DNA of 64,000 bases from Gemmatimonadaceae bacterium (GTDB lineage Bacteria > Gemmatimonadota > Gemmatimonadetes > Gemmatimonadales > Gemmatimonadaceae). Positions 19,669 through 28,773 of this stretch are shown here, one piece after another; the first letter of the stretch is position 1; each line of letters opens with the position of its first letter. Location: contig JBJMOW010000005.1 in assembly GCA_045803545.1 (NCBI GenBank), positions 64,001 through 128,000 of the forward strand, written 5' to 3'. The position numbers were made by a program, and so were the translations under genes. The notes beneath the pieces were generated by a model. The model searched no databases and had not been told where the DNA came from. It saw nothing but the letters and a program-made list of their open reading frames with translations.

Positions 19669-20960
19669 TAGCGACTTCCCTCGGCCGCAGCGACCATCTC
19701 GCGACGCCGATCGATTGCGCGTAAGCGCTGGAGCTCTCGCGCAGACATCCGCCCATAGGCGGGACTGATAATCCGTCCGCGATCGAGTATCGCGAACAGC
19801 ACGATGATCAACGCGATGTTGAAGCTGCCGAGAATCGCGGCCTGCATCATTCCCTGTCCGATTCCCGCGGCGCTAAGTCCAAGCAACACTGCCGCGATCA
19901 GCACGATGTAGATGAGTGCCAGCGGCAGCATGAACTTCCAGCCAAGAGACATCAGCTGGTCATAGCGGAAGCGAGGCAGTGTCCAGCGCACCCACATGTA
20001 GAGAAACAGGAAGAACAGGATCTTCGCGAGGAAGATGAAAACCGACAGCAGCGACAGCCAGCCGGAGTACGGGCCGATATTGTCGTGCGCGGTGAAAGGC
20101 ACGTCCCATCCGCCGAAGAAAAGCGTCGCCATCAGCGCACTGGCGGTCACCATGCTGGCGTATTCGGCGATGAAGAACAGCGAGAACTTCATCGCACTGT
20201 ATTCGGTGTGATAGCCCGCGATCAGCTCCGATTCGGCCTCGGGCAGATCGAACGGAAGCCGATTGGTCTCAGCGAACGCAGCGACCATGAAGATGAAAAA
20301 CGCGACGGTGAGGTTCACAACGTTCCAGCCGCCCCACGCCTGCTGGGTGATGATCGCGTTCAGGCTGACGTTGCCCGCGAGCAACAGCACAGGTATCGTC
20401 GACATTCCCATTGAGATCTCGTACGACACCATTTGTGCGCTCGACCGCAAGCCGCCAAGCAAAGCGTATTTGTTGTTCGACGACCACCCTGCGAGCACAA
20501 TCCCGTACACGCCAAGCGATGTGATCGCCAGAATGAAAAGGAAGCCGACCGGTAGATCGGCGACGACCAGATCGACTCTTCCCCACCGCGTAGCGACTGG
20601 CGCCCCGAAGGGAATCACGCACCAGGCCGTAAGCGCGGGAATAAAAGCCAGCATCGGCGCCAGGACGAACAACACCTTGTTCACGCCCGCCGGCATCGTC
20701 TCTTCCTTCATGAAGTTCTTGAGACCGTCCGCCGCGGGCTGCAGCCAACCTTTGCCAACTCGGTTCGGTCCGTGGCGATCCTGAATCCACGCCGAGATCT
20801 TGCGCTCGGCGAGTGTCAGCATCGCAACGCCGATCATGTAGACGGTGAAGATGATCAGCAGCTTGAGCACCGTGAACAGGAAAAACGGCATCCCGCTGAC
20901 AGGAGTGTTGTTGGGATCGATCGGGACCTGAAGTAGCGCGAAAACCGGAGCTCCGATCAT
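19668..20960 (-). CDS. nuoH: NADH-quinone oxidoreductase subunit H
   Basis: ERK...QDRHGPNRVG, AETNRLPFDLPEAESEL and PRFRYDQL motifs. Confidence 0.98.
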   Translation of the reverse strand: MIGAPVFALLQVPIDPNNTPVSGMPFFLFTVLKLLIIFTVYMIGVAMLTLAERKISAWIQDRHGPNRVGKGWLQPAADGLKNFMKEETMPAGVNKVLFVLAPMLAFIPALTAWCVIPFGAPVATRWGRVDLVVADLPVGFLFILAITSLGVYGIVLAGWSSNNKYALLGGLRSSAQMVSYEISMGMSTIPVLLLAGNVSLNAIITQQAWGGWNVVNLTVAFFIFMVAAFAETNRLPFDLPEAESELIAGYHTEYSAMKFSLFFIAEYASMVTASALMATLFFGGWDVPFTAHDNIGPYSGWLSLLSVFIFLAKILFFLFLYMWVRWTLPRFRYDQLMSLGWKFMLPLALIYIVLIAAVLLGLSAAGIGQGMMQAAILGSFNIALIIVLFAILDRGRIISPAYGRMSARELQRLRAIDRRREMVAAAEGSR

Positions 20961-22540
20961 GACGCACCCACTGCGATCGGCGCCTTTTGTCCGTTGGACG
21001 GCGCGTCAACGACCGGCAAGCCTTTGAAGCCAATCGAATCGTACGACAGACCGGCAAAAGACTTGTGGCTACTTGCCAGTTTTGCGAAGACGTCCGATGG
21101 AAGGAAGAAACTGCTTTGTCTTCCCAACGCGCCAAGCAGATCGCCGAGTACCAGCCAGCTCGGCCTGGATTCGCCCGGCGCCTGACGTGCCTGCGTGAAC
21201 CGCTGCACTCTGCCGCGCAGATTCGTAACAGTTCCTTCCTCTTCCGAGAAATTCGCGATCGGCAGCACGACGGCAGCGTTGCGCGCAATTTCCGGCAGAA
21301 CCGAACCAACCACCACGACAGCTCCGGCCTTTGAGATCGCGGAAGCGTCGATACCCTGGAGATCCTCGCCTGCGACAACCAGCGTGTCGCCCTGACCGAG
21401 GTCGGCCAGGAGATCTTTGGTCTTGCGGAATCCGAGCGTTTCGGCGCCGTAGACGTTGGCGGCGCGCTCGCGACGCAGAGCGAGATCCTCCACACCCGGC
21501 AACGGCGCTTCGTCGCCTTCCTGAACCCGGAAGCAGCCGCTGCCTCCCTGCATCAACTGGGTGAGCAGAAAGAGAGATTCGTTGGAGAGCATTGGCGACG
21601 CGGCAACGAAAACCTTTTTGCCATTCAGCAGCCGCGCTGCCGAATTAATCGCGCCTTCCCAACTCGTGGGGACGAGCCCATTGGTGCCACGCACCATCGG
21701 CTGCTCGATGCGGTTCTTCTCATTCATCCAGCGGTAGTTGAGACGACCCCAGTCGCACATGAAGAAGGCATTGACGTGCTCGTTGGGGCGCGGCCGCATT
21801 CTCACGATCTGATTGTCCCGCGTCTCCATCATGACGTTGCAGCCCTGAGTGCAGTTCGGGCAGATCGACGCCGCGCGATCGAGCTCCCATGCGCGTGCCT
21901 TGTTGAGGAAGTCCTTCGAGAGCAGCGCGCCGACCGGACACAGGTCGATGACATTGGCCGCCCAGGGGTGGGTCATATCCTGCCCTTCGAATTTGCCGAT
22001 CACCGCACGATCACCACGCTCGCTGACGTTGAGCACCGGATCCTTCGCAACGTCGTCCATAAAGCGCACGCATCGTGTGCAAAGGATGCAGCGGTTGGGC
22101 ACGTAGATCACGTCGCCGCCGAAATCCTCGGCCGGATTGAATCGCTTCGGCTCACGATACCGTGAATCGGCGCGACCTTCCTGATAGGTGTAGTCCTGAA
22201 GCTCGCATTCACCGGACTGATCGCAGATTGGACAGTCGAGCGGGTGATTGATAAGCAGCATCTCGAGCACGCCCTGGCGAGCGTCGAGTGCCTTGTCGGT
22301 GTGAACCCGAACAACCTGACCTTCGGCAACGGTCGTCGCGCACGACGGAGCCAGCTTGGGCGCCTTCTCGACTTCGACCAGACACATTCTGCAGACACCC
22401 GCGACCGGAAGCCCGGGATGGTAGCAGTAGTGCGGAATCAAAATTCCGGCAGTTTTTGCTGCCTCGAGAATCGTCGTGCCTTCTGGCACGCTGACTTGTC
22501 GTCCTTCGACCGTGAGATTCACCATCTTCTGATCGGCCAT
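20957..22540 (-). CDS. nuoG: NADH-quinone oxidoreductase subunit G (short form)
   Basis: N1b (CYHP..CRMC..C), N5 (HPLDCPICDQSGEC), N4 (CILCTRC..CP) and N7 (CPNCTQGC..C) ligands. Start moved to ATG 22540, 527 aa. Confidence 0.95.
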   Translation of the reverse strand: MADQKMVNLTVEGRQVSVPEGTTILEAAKTAGILIPHYCYHPGLPVAGVCRMCLVEVEKAPKLAPSCATTVAEGQVVRVHTDKALDARQGVLEMLLINHPLDCPICDQSGECELQDYTYQEGRADSRYREPKRFNPAEDFGGDVIYVPNRCILCTRCVRFMDDVAKDPVLNVSERGDRAVIGKFEGQDMTHPWAANVIDLCPVGALLSKDFLNKARAWELDRAASICPNCTQGCNVMMETRDNQIVRMRPRPNEHVNAFFMCDWGRLNYRWMNEKNRIEQPMVRGTNGLVPTSWEGAINSAARLLNGKKVFVAASPMLSNESLFLLTQLMQGGSGCFRVQEGDEAPLPGVEDLALRRERAANVYGAETLGFRKTKDLLADLGQGDTLVVAGEDLQGIDASAISKAGAVVVVGSVLPEIARNAAVVLPIANFSEEEGTVTNLRGRVQRFTQARQAPGESRPSWLVLGDLLGALGRQSSFFLPSDVFAKLASSHKSFAGLSYDSIGFKGLPVVDAPSNGQKAPIAVGAS

Positions 22541-23853
22541 TACGCTACCGCCGCTGTCACGGGATGGAAGCGGCGACCCTGGATCAGCGCTTCGAACTCG
22601 TTGCGGAATTTCTTGATCCCCGACACCACCGGCACCGCGCACGAATCACTCAGCACGCAGATTGTCTTGCCCGTCATCTGTTCGGCGATGTCCATAAGTG
22701 TGTCGAGATCTTCAACCGTGCCTTCGCCGTCGCGAATGCGTTCGAGGATCTTGGTCGTCCACGCCGTGCCCTCTCGGCACTGCGTACACTGGGAGCAGCT
22801 CTCGTGCGCGAAGAAGCGGGCGATGCGCGCGATCACAGTGACCATCGGCTGCGCGTCGTCGATCACGATCACGCCCCCCGAGCCGAGCATTGATCCCTTC
22901 TCGACGAAGCCCTCGTAGTCCATCAGGGTTGCTTCGGCTTCGTCCATTGTCTGGATCGGCACCGAGGCGCCTCCTGGAATGACGGCTTTGAACTTCCGCC
23001 CGTGCAGTGGTCCACCACACAGATCATAGAGAAACTCGCGGAACGGGAAACCCATAACTACTTCATAGGTCCCCGGGCGAACGACATTGCCGCACACGGA
23101 GAACAGTTTGGTGCCCGTGCTCTTCGGGTTGGAGAGCGACATCTTCTTGTACCAGTCGGCGCCGTTCAGAAGAATCGGCGCGGCAGCGATCAACGTTTCG
23201 ACGTTGTTGATCGTCGTGGGCATTCCGAACACGCCCGACACGGCAGGGAACGGCGGCTTGATGCGCGGATTGCCGCGACGACCCTCCAGCGAATTCATCA
23301 GCGCGGTTTCTTCGCCGCAGATATACGCGCCGGCGCCTTTGTGAACGTGCACATCGATGCGCTTGCCGGTGCCCATCGCGTTCTTGCCGATGATTCCGGC
23401 CGCGTACGCTTCCTTCACCGCCTTCTCCATCCAATAGAGAGGCTCGGTGAACTCGCCGCGGATGTAGATGTACGCGGTCTCAGCTCCAATCGCGTAGGCG
23501 CCGATCGCACAGCCTTCGACGAGTGCGTGCGGCGTCCACCGCATTAGCTCACGGTCCTTGAAGGTGCCGGGCTCCGATTCGTCGGCATTGCAGCATAGGT
23601 AGTGTGGCTTGCCGTCGCCGGGTTTCATGAACGACCACTTCATGCCGGTCGGAAACCCCGCTCCGCCGCGCCCGCGCAACCCGGACTCCTTGACGACGTT
23701 CACGATGTCAGCCGGCGCCATTCCCAGCGCTTTCTCCAGCGCCTTGTAGCCGCCGCGTTTTTTCCAGCCGTCGAGGGTGCGCGCTTCAGTGTCGCCGAAA
23801 TGTTTCGACAACACCGGGGTCTCGCGCGGATGTGATGGATGCGGAAAACCCAT
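22540..23853 (-). CDS. nuoF: NADH-quinone oxidoreductase subunit F
   Basis: GRGGAGFP, NADESEPG, YICGEETAL and ESCSQCTQCREG motifs. Confidence 0.98.
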   Translation of the reverse strand: MGFPHPSHPRETPVLSKHFGDTEARTLDGWKKRGGYKALEKALGMAPADIVNVVKESGLRGRGGAGFPTGMKWSFMKPGDGKPHYLCCNADESEPGTFKDRELMRWTPHALVEGCAIGAYAIGAETAYIYIRGEFTEPLYWMEKAVKEAYAAGIIGKNAMGTGKRIDVHVHKGAGAYICGEETALMNSLEGRRGNPRIKPPFPAVSGVFGMPTTINNVETLIAAAPILLNGADWYKKMSLSNPKSTGTKLFSVCGNVVRPGTYEVVMGFPFREFLYDLCGGPLHGRKFKAVIPGGASVPIQTMDEAEATLMDYEGFVEKGSMLGSGGVIVIDDAQPMVTVIARIARFFAHESCSQCTQCREGTAWTTKILERIRDGEGTVEDLDTLMDIAEQMTGKTICVLSDSCAVPVVSGIKKFRNEFEALIQGRRFHPVTAAVA

Positions 23854-23855
23854 TG

Positions 23856-24404
23856 CTATGTCAGTTTTGCGAGAATGTCAGGAACCTTGTCGGGCGTTAC
23901 AGACTCGATGAATTCCTCGTTGATCATCACGGGCGTGGCAAAGCCGCAGGCGCCGAGACATTCGACTTCGATCACGGTGAACTTGCTATCAGGAGAAGTG
24001 ACGCCAAGCTCGCCGGTGTTGGTATGTCGCAAAAATGACTTGACGACATCTTCAGCGCCGCAAATCCCGCATGGCGAGGTTGTGCAGACCTGTATGAAGT
24101 ATTTGCCGACCGGGTGCTGGTGATACATGGTGTAGAAGGTGACGACACCTTTCACGTACGCCGGGGTCAACTCGAGGAGCGCCGCAACTTCCGCCATTCC
24201 TTCTTCAGGAACCCAGCCGCGCTCACGCTGCACGATCCAAAGAGCGGGCAGCAACGCCGCCATTTTGTTGGGATATCTGCTCAGCAGCTCATCGAGCTCG
24301 CGACGCAGATCACCGGTAAACACCGGTGCGTACGGCTCATGCCCCGCGCGATCGTGCGACGCGTAGTCGGGCGACTCGAGTCCGCCAACGAGCTCCGGCG
24401 TCAC
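23856..24404 (-). CDS. nuoE: NADH-quinone oxidoreductase subunit E
   Basis: VVTFY, CTTSPC and ECLGAC 2Fe-2S ligands. Confidence 0.97.
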   Translation of the reverse strand: MTPELVGGLESPDYASHDRAGHEPYAPVFTGDLRRELDELLSRYPNKMAALLPALWIVQRERGWVPEEGMAEVAALLELTPAYVKGVVTFYTMYHQHPVGKYFIQVCTTSPCGICGAEDVVKSFLRHTNTGELGVTSPDSKFTVIEVECLGACGFATPVMINEEFIESVTPDKVPDILAKLT

Positions 24405-25708
24405 CGGTCGATCTCTCCCATGACGATGTCGATGCTGGCGTTGATCGCGATCACGTCGGACAGCAAATGCCCTTCTACCATCTTGGGGATCGCCGCGAGA
24501 TTTACGAACGAAGGCGGGCGGATTCTCCAGCGCACCGGTTTGGCCGTGCCGTCTGATACCATATAGTAGCCCTTCTCACCCTTCGGGCTCTCCACCGCGA
24601 AGTACGATTCACCAATCGGCGGGCGTGGCCCTTCCATCACAACCTTGAAGTGGTGGATCATCGACTCCATCTCGCTCGTCGCTTTCGACTTGGGCGGGAG
24701 GATTATGCGTGGATCGTCGATGTTGACCGGGCCATCAGGCAGCCGGTCGGCGGCCTGGGCCAGAATGCGATTCGACTGACGAAGCTCCTCGAATCTCACC
24801 AGGTAGCGATCGTAGACATCGCCGTTGGTGCCGATCGGCACATCAAAATCGTAGGTCTCGTAATCGAGATAGGGGAAATCCTTTCGCACGTCGTAGTCGA
24901 CGCCGGACGCGCGCAGCATCGGGCCGGAAAGGCCCCAGTTGATCGCTTCCTCAGGCGACATCACGCCGAGTCCAACGGTGCGGCCGACCCAGATCGCGTT
25001 CTTCGTGAGCACGCGATCGATTTCGTCTAGGGTGTGTGGGAAGGTGCGTACGAATTGGCGGAGCCCATCCATCCATCCGCTTGGAATATCCGCCGCCATT
25101 CCGCCGACTCGGGTGGCGGACGTCGTCAGTCGGGCGCCAATCCATTTCTCGAGCAGACGATAGATCTCTTCGCGCCGCTGGAACGCCCACAGGAACGGTG
25201 TAAACGCGCCGATATCAATGCAGAACGTTCCGAGCCAGACGAGGTGCGACATGATGCGTGACAGCTCAGAAGCAATCACGCGGAGAACTGTGCATCGCTC
25301 AGTGGTCTCGATGCCGAACAGCCGTTCCGCGCCGAGCGCGAATGCAACATTGTTGCCGATCGAGTTCAGGTAGTCTTCGCGATCAGTCCACGGAATGATC
25401 TGATTGTACTGACGATATTCGCCGATTTTTTCGAAGCCGCAGTGCAAGTAGCCGATGTGAGGAATGCAGCGAACGACTGTCTCGCCATCGAGCTCGAGAA
25501 CCAGGCGCAACACGCCGTGCGTCGCCGGATGCTGCGGCCCGATGTTGATGAGCATGTGCTCACCCTCGAGCTCCGGCTCCAGTGCGGGCGGTGCCTGAAG
25601 TGCGAGTCCACCTCCACCCTCGTCGGTGAGAATCGGCACACGCTGCGGACGCCCCTGTGCATCGAGGCCGGTTGTCGAGAGCTCTACCTCGACGGTGCGC
25701 TTGGCCAT
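24401..25708 (-). CDS. nuoD: NADH-quinone oxidoreductase subunit D
   Basis: GPQHPATHGVLRL, GYLHCGFEK, ESPKGE and terminal GEIDR. Confidence 0.98.
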   Translation of the reverse strand: MAKRTVEVELSTTGLDAQGRPQRVPILTDEGGGGLALQAPPALEPELEGEHMLINIGPQHPATHGVLRLVLELDGETVVRCIPHIGYLHCGFEKIGEYRQYNQIIPWTDREDYLNSIGNNVAFALGAERLFGIETTERCTVLRVIASELSRIMSHLVWLGTFCIDIGAFTPFLWAFQRREEIYRLLEKWIGARLTTSATRVGGMAADIPSGWMDGLRQFVRTFPHTLDEIDRVLTKNAIWVGRTVGLGVMSPEEAINWGLSGPMLRASGVDYDVRKDFPYLDYETYDFDVPIGTNGDVYDRYLVRFEELRQSNRILAQAADRLPDGPVNIDDPRIILPPKSKATSEMESMIHHFKVVMEGPRPPIGESYFAVESPKGEKGYYMVSDGTAKPVRWRIRPPSFVNLAAIPKMVEGHLLSDVIAINASIDIVMGEIDR

Positions 25709-26403
25709 TACTCGCCGGTCCTCTCGCCTTTGCTCAGGCGTCGCTTCATGTCCTCAGGCAGCTCTGCGAACGCATCGGCGATCGAAAGCTCCTCCATCGA
25801 GTAGCGGGCCTCAGGATTCTGCGCCAGCGATTGACGCAGCTGCTCCGACCGACTGAAACGTCCGCGCAGCGGGAAATCCTTGCGGAGAGGGAAGCCTTCC
25901 TTGTACGACTCCCACATCAGGATGCGGCGAAGATCGGGATGGCCGCTGAACTGAATGCCGAACATGTCGTAGCATTCGCGCTCGAGCCAATCCGCACTCT
26001 TGTAGATGTCGTAGACACTGGCCACCGCCATCGGTTGTCCTTTCGGCAGCTGCACCTTCACCCGCAGGAAACGTCTATAGGGCAACGAACGAAGGTGCCA
26101 GACGACTTCGACGGGCACGTCTGCGTCGCGGTATTCGACCGCCGTCACGTCCGCGAGAAAGTCGTACTGCTGCGATGGATCGTCGTGCAGCCAGCTGATG
26201 ATCTCGTGGACCCTGGTCTGATCGACGTAGACGATCGTTTCACCCCAGATCACTTCGCGACGCTTGAGGGCGCCGCCAAATTTTTCCGCGAGCGCCGCGG
26301 CGGATGGATTCGCCTCTGCGTCGCGGTGTTGCACGGCCTTCGGTGTGGACGGCTGTCCACTCGCTGCTGCGCGGCCAGTGCGGAGGATATCGAACCGACT
26401 CAC
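25708..26403 (-). CDS. nuoC: NADH-quinone oxidoreductase subunit C
   Basis: [20 protein letters not shown] and PLRKDFP motifs. Confidence 0.97.
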   Translation of the reverse strand: MSRFDILRTGRAAASGQPSTPKAVQHRDAEANPSAAALAEKFGGALKRREVIWGETIVYVDQTRVHEIISWLHDDPSQQYDFLADVTAVEYRDADVPVEVVWHLRSLPYRRFLRVKVQLPKGQPMAVASVYDIYKSADWLERECYDMFGIQFSGHPDLRRILMWESYKEGFPLRKDFPLRGRFSRSEQLRQSLAQNPEARYSMEELSIADAFAELPEDMKRRLSKGERTGE

Positions 26404-27026
26404 AAACCCGATCTGGTCTGATTTACGGAGTTGCCGAATGGCTCTCCGAGCTCGTCGATCACCGACGGCGGAATGTAAAGCTGACTCTTTGGGTCCGGCT
26501 CCATCTCATCGCGCGTTCCTTTGTCAGCCGCTCGTTCGTTCTTCACCTTTTCCTGGAGCATGCGGATGCCGTAGATCAGCGCCTCCGGTCGCGGCGGACA
26601 GCCAGGAACGTAGACGTCGACCGGAATGATGGTGTCGATCCCCTGCACCACTGCGTAGTTGTCGAACATTCCGCCAGTCGAGGCACAGGCTCCCATTGAG
26701 ATGCACCATTTCGGTTGTGGCATCTGCTGCCAGATCCGCCGAAGGATCGGTGCCAGCTTGAAAGGAACACGACCGGCACAGATGAGCACATCCGCCTGCC
26801 GCGGCGAGAAGCTCATCCGCTCCATTCCAAAACGCGCCAGATCGAAGTCGCTTGCCGCAGTCGCCATGAACTCGATCGCGCAGCACGCTGTGCCGAACGG
26901 CATTGGCCAGAGAGAGTTGGCGCGCGCCCAGTTCACGAGAAAATCGAGTCGCGTGGCTACCCAGCCTTCCTGCGACTCGGGCGCGTACGCTACGGTGCGA
27001 TGCTCAGACGGAGCACTCAATCCCAT
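26400..27026 (-). CDS. nuoB: NADH-quinone oxidoreductase subunit B
   Basis: TACCAIE, SPRQAD, MGACA and PGCPPRPE motifs. Confidence 0.98.
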   Translation of the reverse strand: MGLSAPSEHRTVAYAPESQEGWVATRLDFLVNWARANSLWPMPFGTACCAIEFMATAASDFDLARFGMERMSFSPRQADVLICAGRVPFKLAPILRRIWQQMPQPKWCISMGACASTGGMFDNYAVVQGIDTIIPVDVYVPGCPPRPEALIYGIRMLQEKVKNERAADKGTRDEMEPDPKSQLYIPPSVIDELGEPFGNSVNQTRSGL

Positions 27027-27421
27027 TGCAGTGCTCCCTTTTTCCAGACGTACACGAATCCAACCAGGAGAATCACCATGAAAACCAGCATCTCACCAAG
27101 TCCGAAGAAGGAGATGTTCCCCACCGGACAAGCGCCGTTGACGAGCGGCACGAAGCAGGAGAGCTGCTTGTAGTAGACGGCCCATGGAATCATGAACACC
27201 GTCTCGATGTCGAAGATGATGAACAGAATCGCGACAAGGTAGAAACGCACTGAGAAGCGCTCTCTTGCGTCGCCGAGGGCGGGTACGCCTGACTCGTACG
27301 CCTGTTGTTTCACCGGCGTCGGTCGAGCACGAATTGTAAGTGCCGAGATCGCAACGATCGCCAACGCATTGATCGCCACGAAACCGAGCAGCATTAGTAC
27401 CGGAAAATAGGCGCGAAACAC
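27017..27421 (-). CDS. nuoA: NADH-quinone oxidoreductase subunit A
   Basis: YESG, FDIE and WKKGALQW motifs; GTG start. Confidence 0.97.
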   Translation of the reverse strand: MFRAYFPVLMLLGFVAINALAIVAISALTIRARPTPVKQQAYESGVPALGDARERFSVRFYLVAILFIIFDIETVFMIPWAVYYKQLSCFVPLVNGACPVGNISFFGLGEMLVFMVILLVGFVYVWKKGALQWD

Positions 27422-27434
27422 GGCGTCTCAGACT

Positions 27435-27452
27435 TCGTGAAAAATTTCACTA
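27435..27452. promoter_or_regulatory. Palindromic operator, Rex-box-like (also fits CRP/FNR-family spacing)
   Basis: TCGTGAAAAATTTCACTA versus Rex consensus TTGTGAA-N4-TTCACAA (2 mismatches); lies between the putative promoter and the nuoA start. Confidence 0.6.
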
Positions 27453-27466
27453 GTGCGATTTTGAGG

Positions 27467-27495
27467 AATCTACCGACGGCAATGTGCTAATTCAA
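27467..27495 (-). promoter_or_regulatory. Putative sigma70 promoter of the nuo operon
   Basis: Minus strand TTGAAT-N17-TAGATT. Confidence 0.6.
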
Positions 27496-27599
27496 CGGCT
27501 CCGCTCGGTGGCAGCGACAGTGCGAAAATCGTACATTCACCGTCGAAAAGGCGCGAACATGCGCGACCAACATCGCTATGTCAGGTGGTCTGTTGGTCG

Positions 27600-27637
27600 G
27601 CCGTCCCGCTTCCCCCTTCCCGCTTCCACTCCCACAC
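27600..27637. repeat. Short tandem heptamer tract (CCCGCTT-like)
   Basis: cccgctt ccccctt cccgctt ccactcc directly before the dcd ATG. Confidence 0.55.
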
Positions 27638-27638
27638 A

Positions 27639-28193
27639 ATGTCAATTCAATCGGATCGCTGGATCACCCGTATGGCCAGAGAACACGGGATGATCGAGCC
27701 CTTCGAGAGCAGTCAGGTCAGATCGGGCGTCATTTCCTACGGCGTCAGCTCTTATGGGTACGACATGAGAGTCGCGCCCGAATTCAGAATCTTCACCAAC
27801 GTGCTCAACTCGATCGTCGACCCCAAGAACTTCGATCCCAGATCCTTCGTTGAGTTCGAAGGCGACGTTTGCATCGTGCCGCCCAACTCCTTTGCGCTCG
27901 CCAGATCGGTGGAGTACTTCAGGATTCCGCGCGATGTGGTAACGATCACGGTGGGTAAATCCACCTACGCGCGTTGTGGAATCATCACCAACGTCACGCC
28001 GTTCGAGCCCGAGTGGGAAGGATTCGTGACCCTGGAGATCTCCAACACGACGCCGCTTCCGGCAAAGATCTACGCCAACGAAGGCATTGCTCAGGTTCTT
28101 TTCTTCAAGGGCGAAGAAGGACCCGAGACTTCCTACAAGGATAAAAAAGGAAAATATCAGGGGCAGAAAGGCGTAACGCTGCCGAGACTGTAA
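27639..28193 (+). CDS. dcd: dCTP deaminase
   Basis: [28 protein letters not shown] and YQGQ motifs. Start moved to ATG 27639. Confidence 0.97.
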   Translation: MSIQSDRWITRMAREHGMIEPFESSQVRSGVISYGVSSYGYDMRVAPEFRIFTNVLNSIVDPKNFDPRSFVEFEGDVCIVPPNSFALARSVEYFRIPRDVVTITVGKSTYARCGIITNVTPFEPEWEGFVTLEISNTTPLPAKIYANEGIAQVLFFKGEEGPETSYKDKKGKYQGQKGVTLPRL

Positions 28194-28194
28194 T

Positions 28195-28211
28195 CTGGCC
28201 CCTGCCTTGCC
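28195..28211 (+). promoter_or_regulatory. Putative sigma54 (-24/-12) promoter
   Basis: CTGGCCCCTGCCTTGCC has the TGGC-N7-TTGC spacing of the RpoN consensus, about 45 nt upstream of the orphan ORF. Confidence 0.5.
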
Positions 28212-28255
28212 CCTAATGGGAGAACGGACCTTACTCCTCGGAGGACATCAGCCTG

Positions 28256-28561
28256 ATGCAGAATAAAGACGGCATCCAGAAAGGACCTCAGGACCACGCT
28301 GAGGGACAGCACGGCTCGAAGACCCACAGCAAATTCATCGAACAACTCCATTCACACGCCAACGGCGCCGATCAGCCCGACGCAGAACCCGTGGACGACG
28401 AGCCGAGAAATCGGATCGCGCATCACAATGCGACGCCACGTCTGTTCGGCGACCGGCAGCAGCACGACGAAGCAGAGAAAAGGAGCGAAAAGACTCGTCT
28501 CCATCGCGAACTCGAACGGCGCGGCTACGACGACAGCGAGCTTACTCCTGGAACCGGCTGA
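28256..28561 (+). CDS. Hypothetical hydrophilic protein (101 aa)
   Basis: GGAGG SD at 28240-28244; fills an otherwise empty interval; rich in D/E/H/Q/R with no hydrophobic segment. Confidence 0.7.
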   Translation: MQNKDGIQKGPQDHAEGQHGSKTHSKFIEQLHSHANGADQPDAEPVDDEPRNRIAHHNATPRLFGDRQQHDEAEKRSEKTRLHRELERRGYDDSELTPGTG

Positions 28562-28634
28562 ACGATTAGAGGTGGTGGAACCGACTGAGCGCTCGCCGGT
28601 TCCCTACCGGAACATTCCCGGGAATTTGGGACTG

Positions 28635-28753
28635 GATTGAGGCGTTCGGACCAACTGCCAGTCCGGAGTCCGGATTAATTGAGGGATTCGGAAGTTCCGC
28701 ACTCCTCAATTAATCCGCAGCCAGCAATGGCATTTGGTCCGAACGCCTCAATC
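28635..28753. repeat. Nested long palindrome between convergent genes
   Basis: Perfect 19-bp arms GATTGAGGCGTTCGGACCA (28635-28653) / TGGTCCGAACGCCTCAATC (28735-28753) and perfect 14-bp inner arms CGGATTAATTGAGG (28671-28684) / CCTCAATTAATCCG (28704-28717). Confidence 0.9.
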
Positions 28754-28773
28754 TCGCACCAACCGAGCGGGTA

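Noticed and set aside
20269..21495. 408-aa alternative-frame ORF on the - strand
   Set aside because: Overlaps nuoG and nuoH in another frame; Arg/Ser-rich composition typical of off-frame GC-rich sequence.
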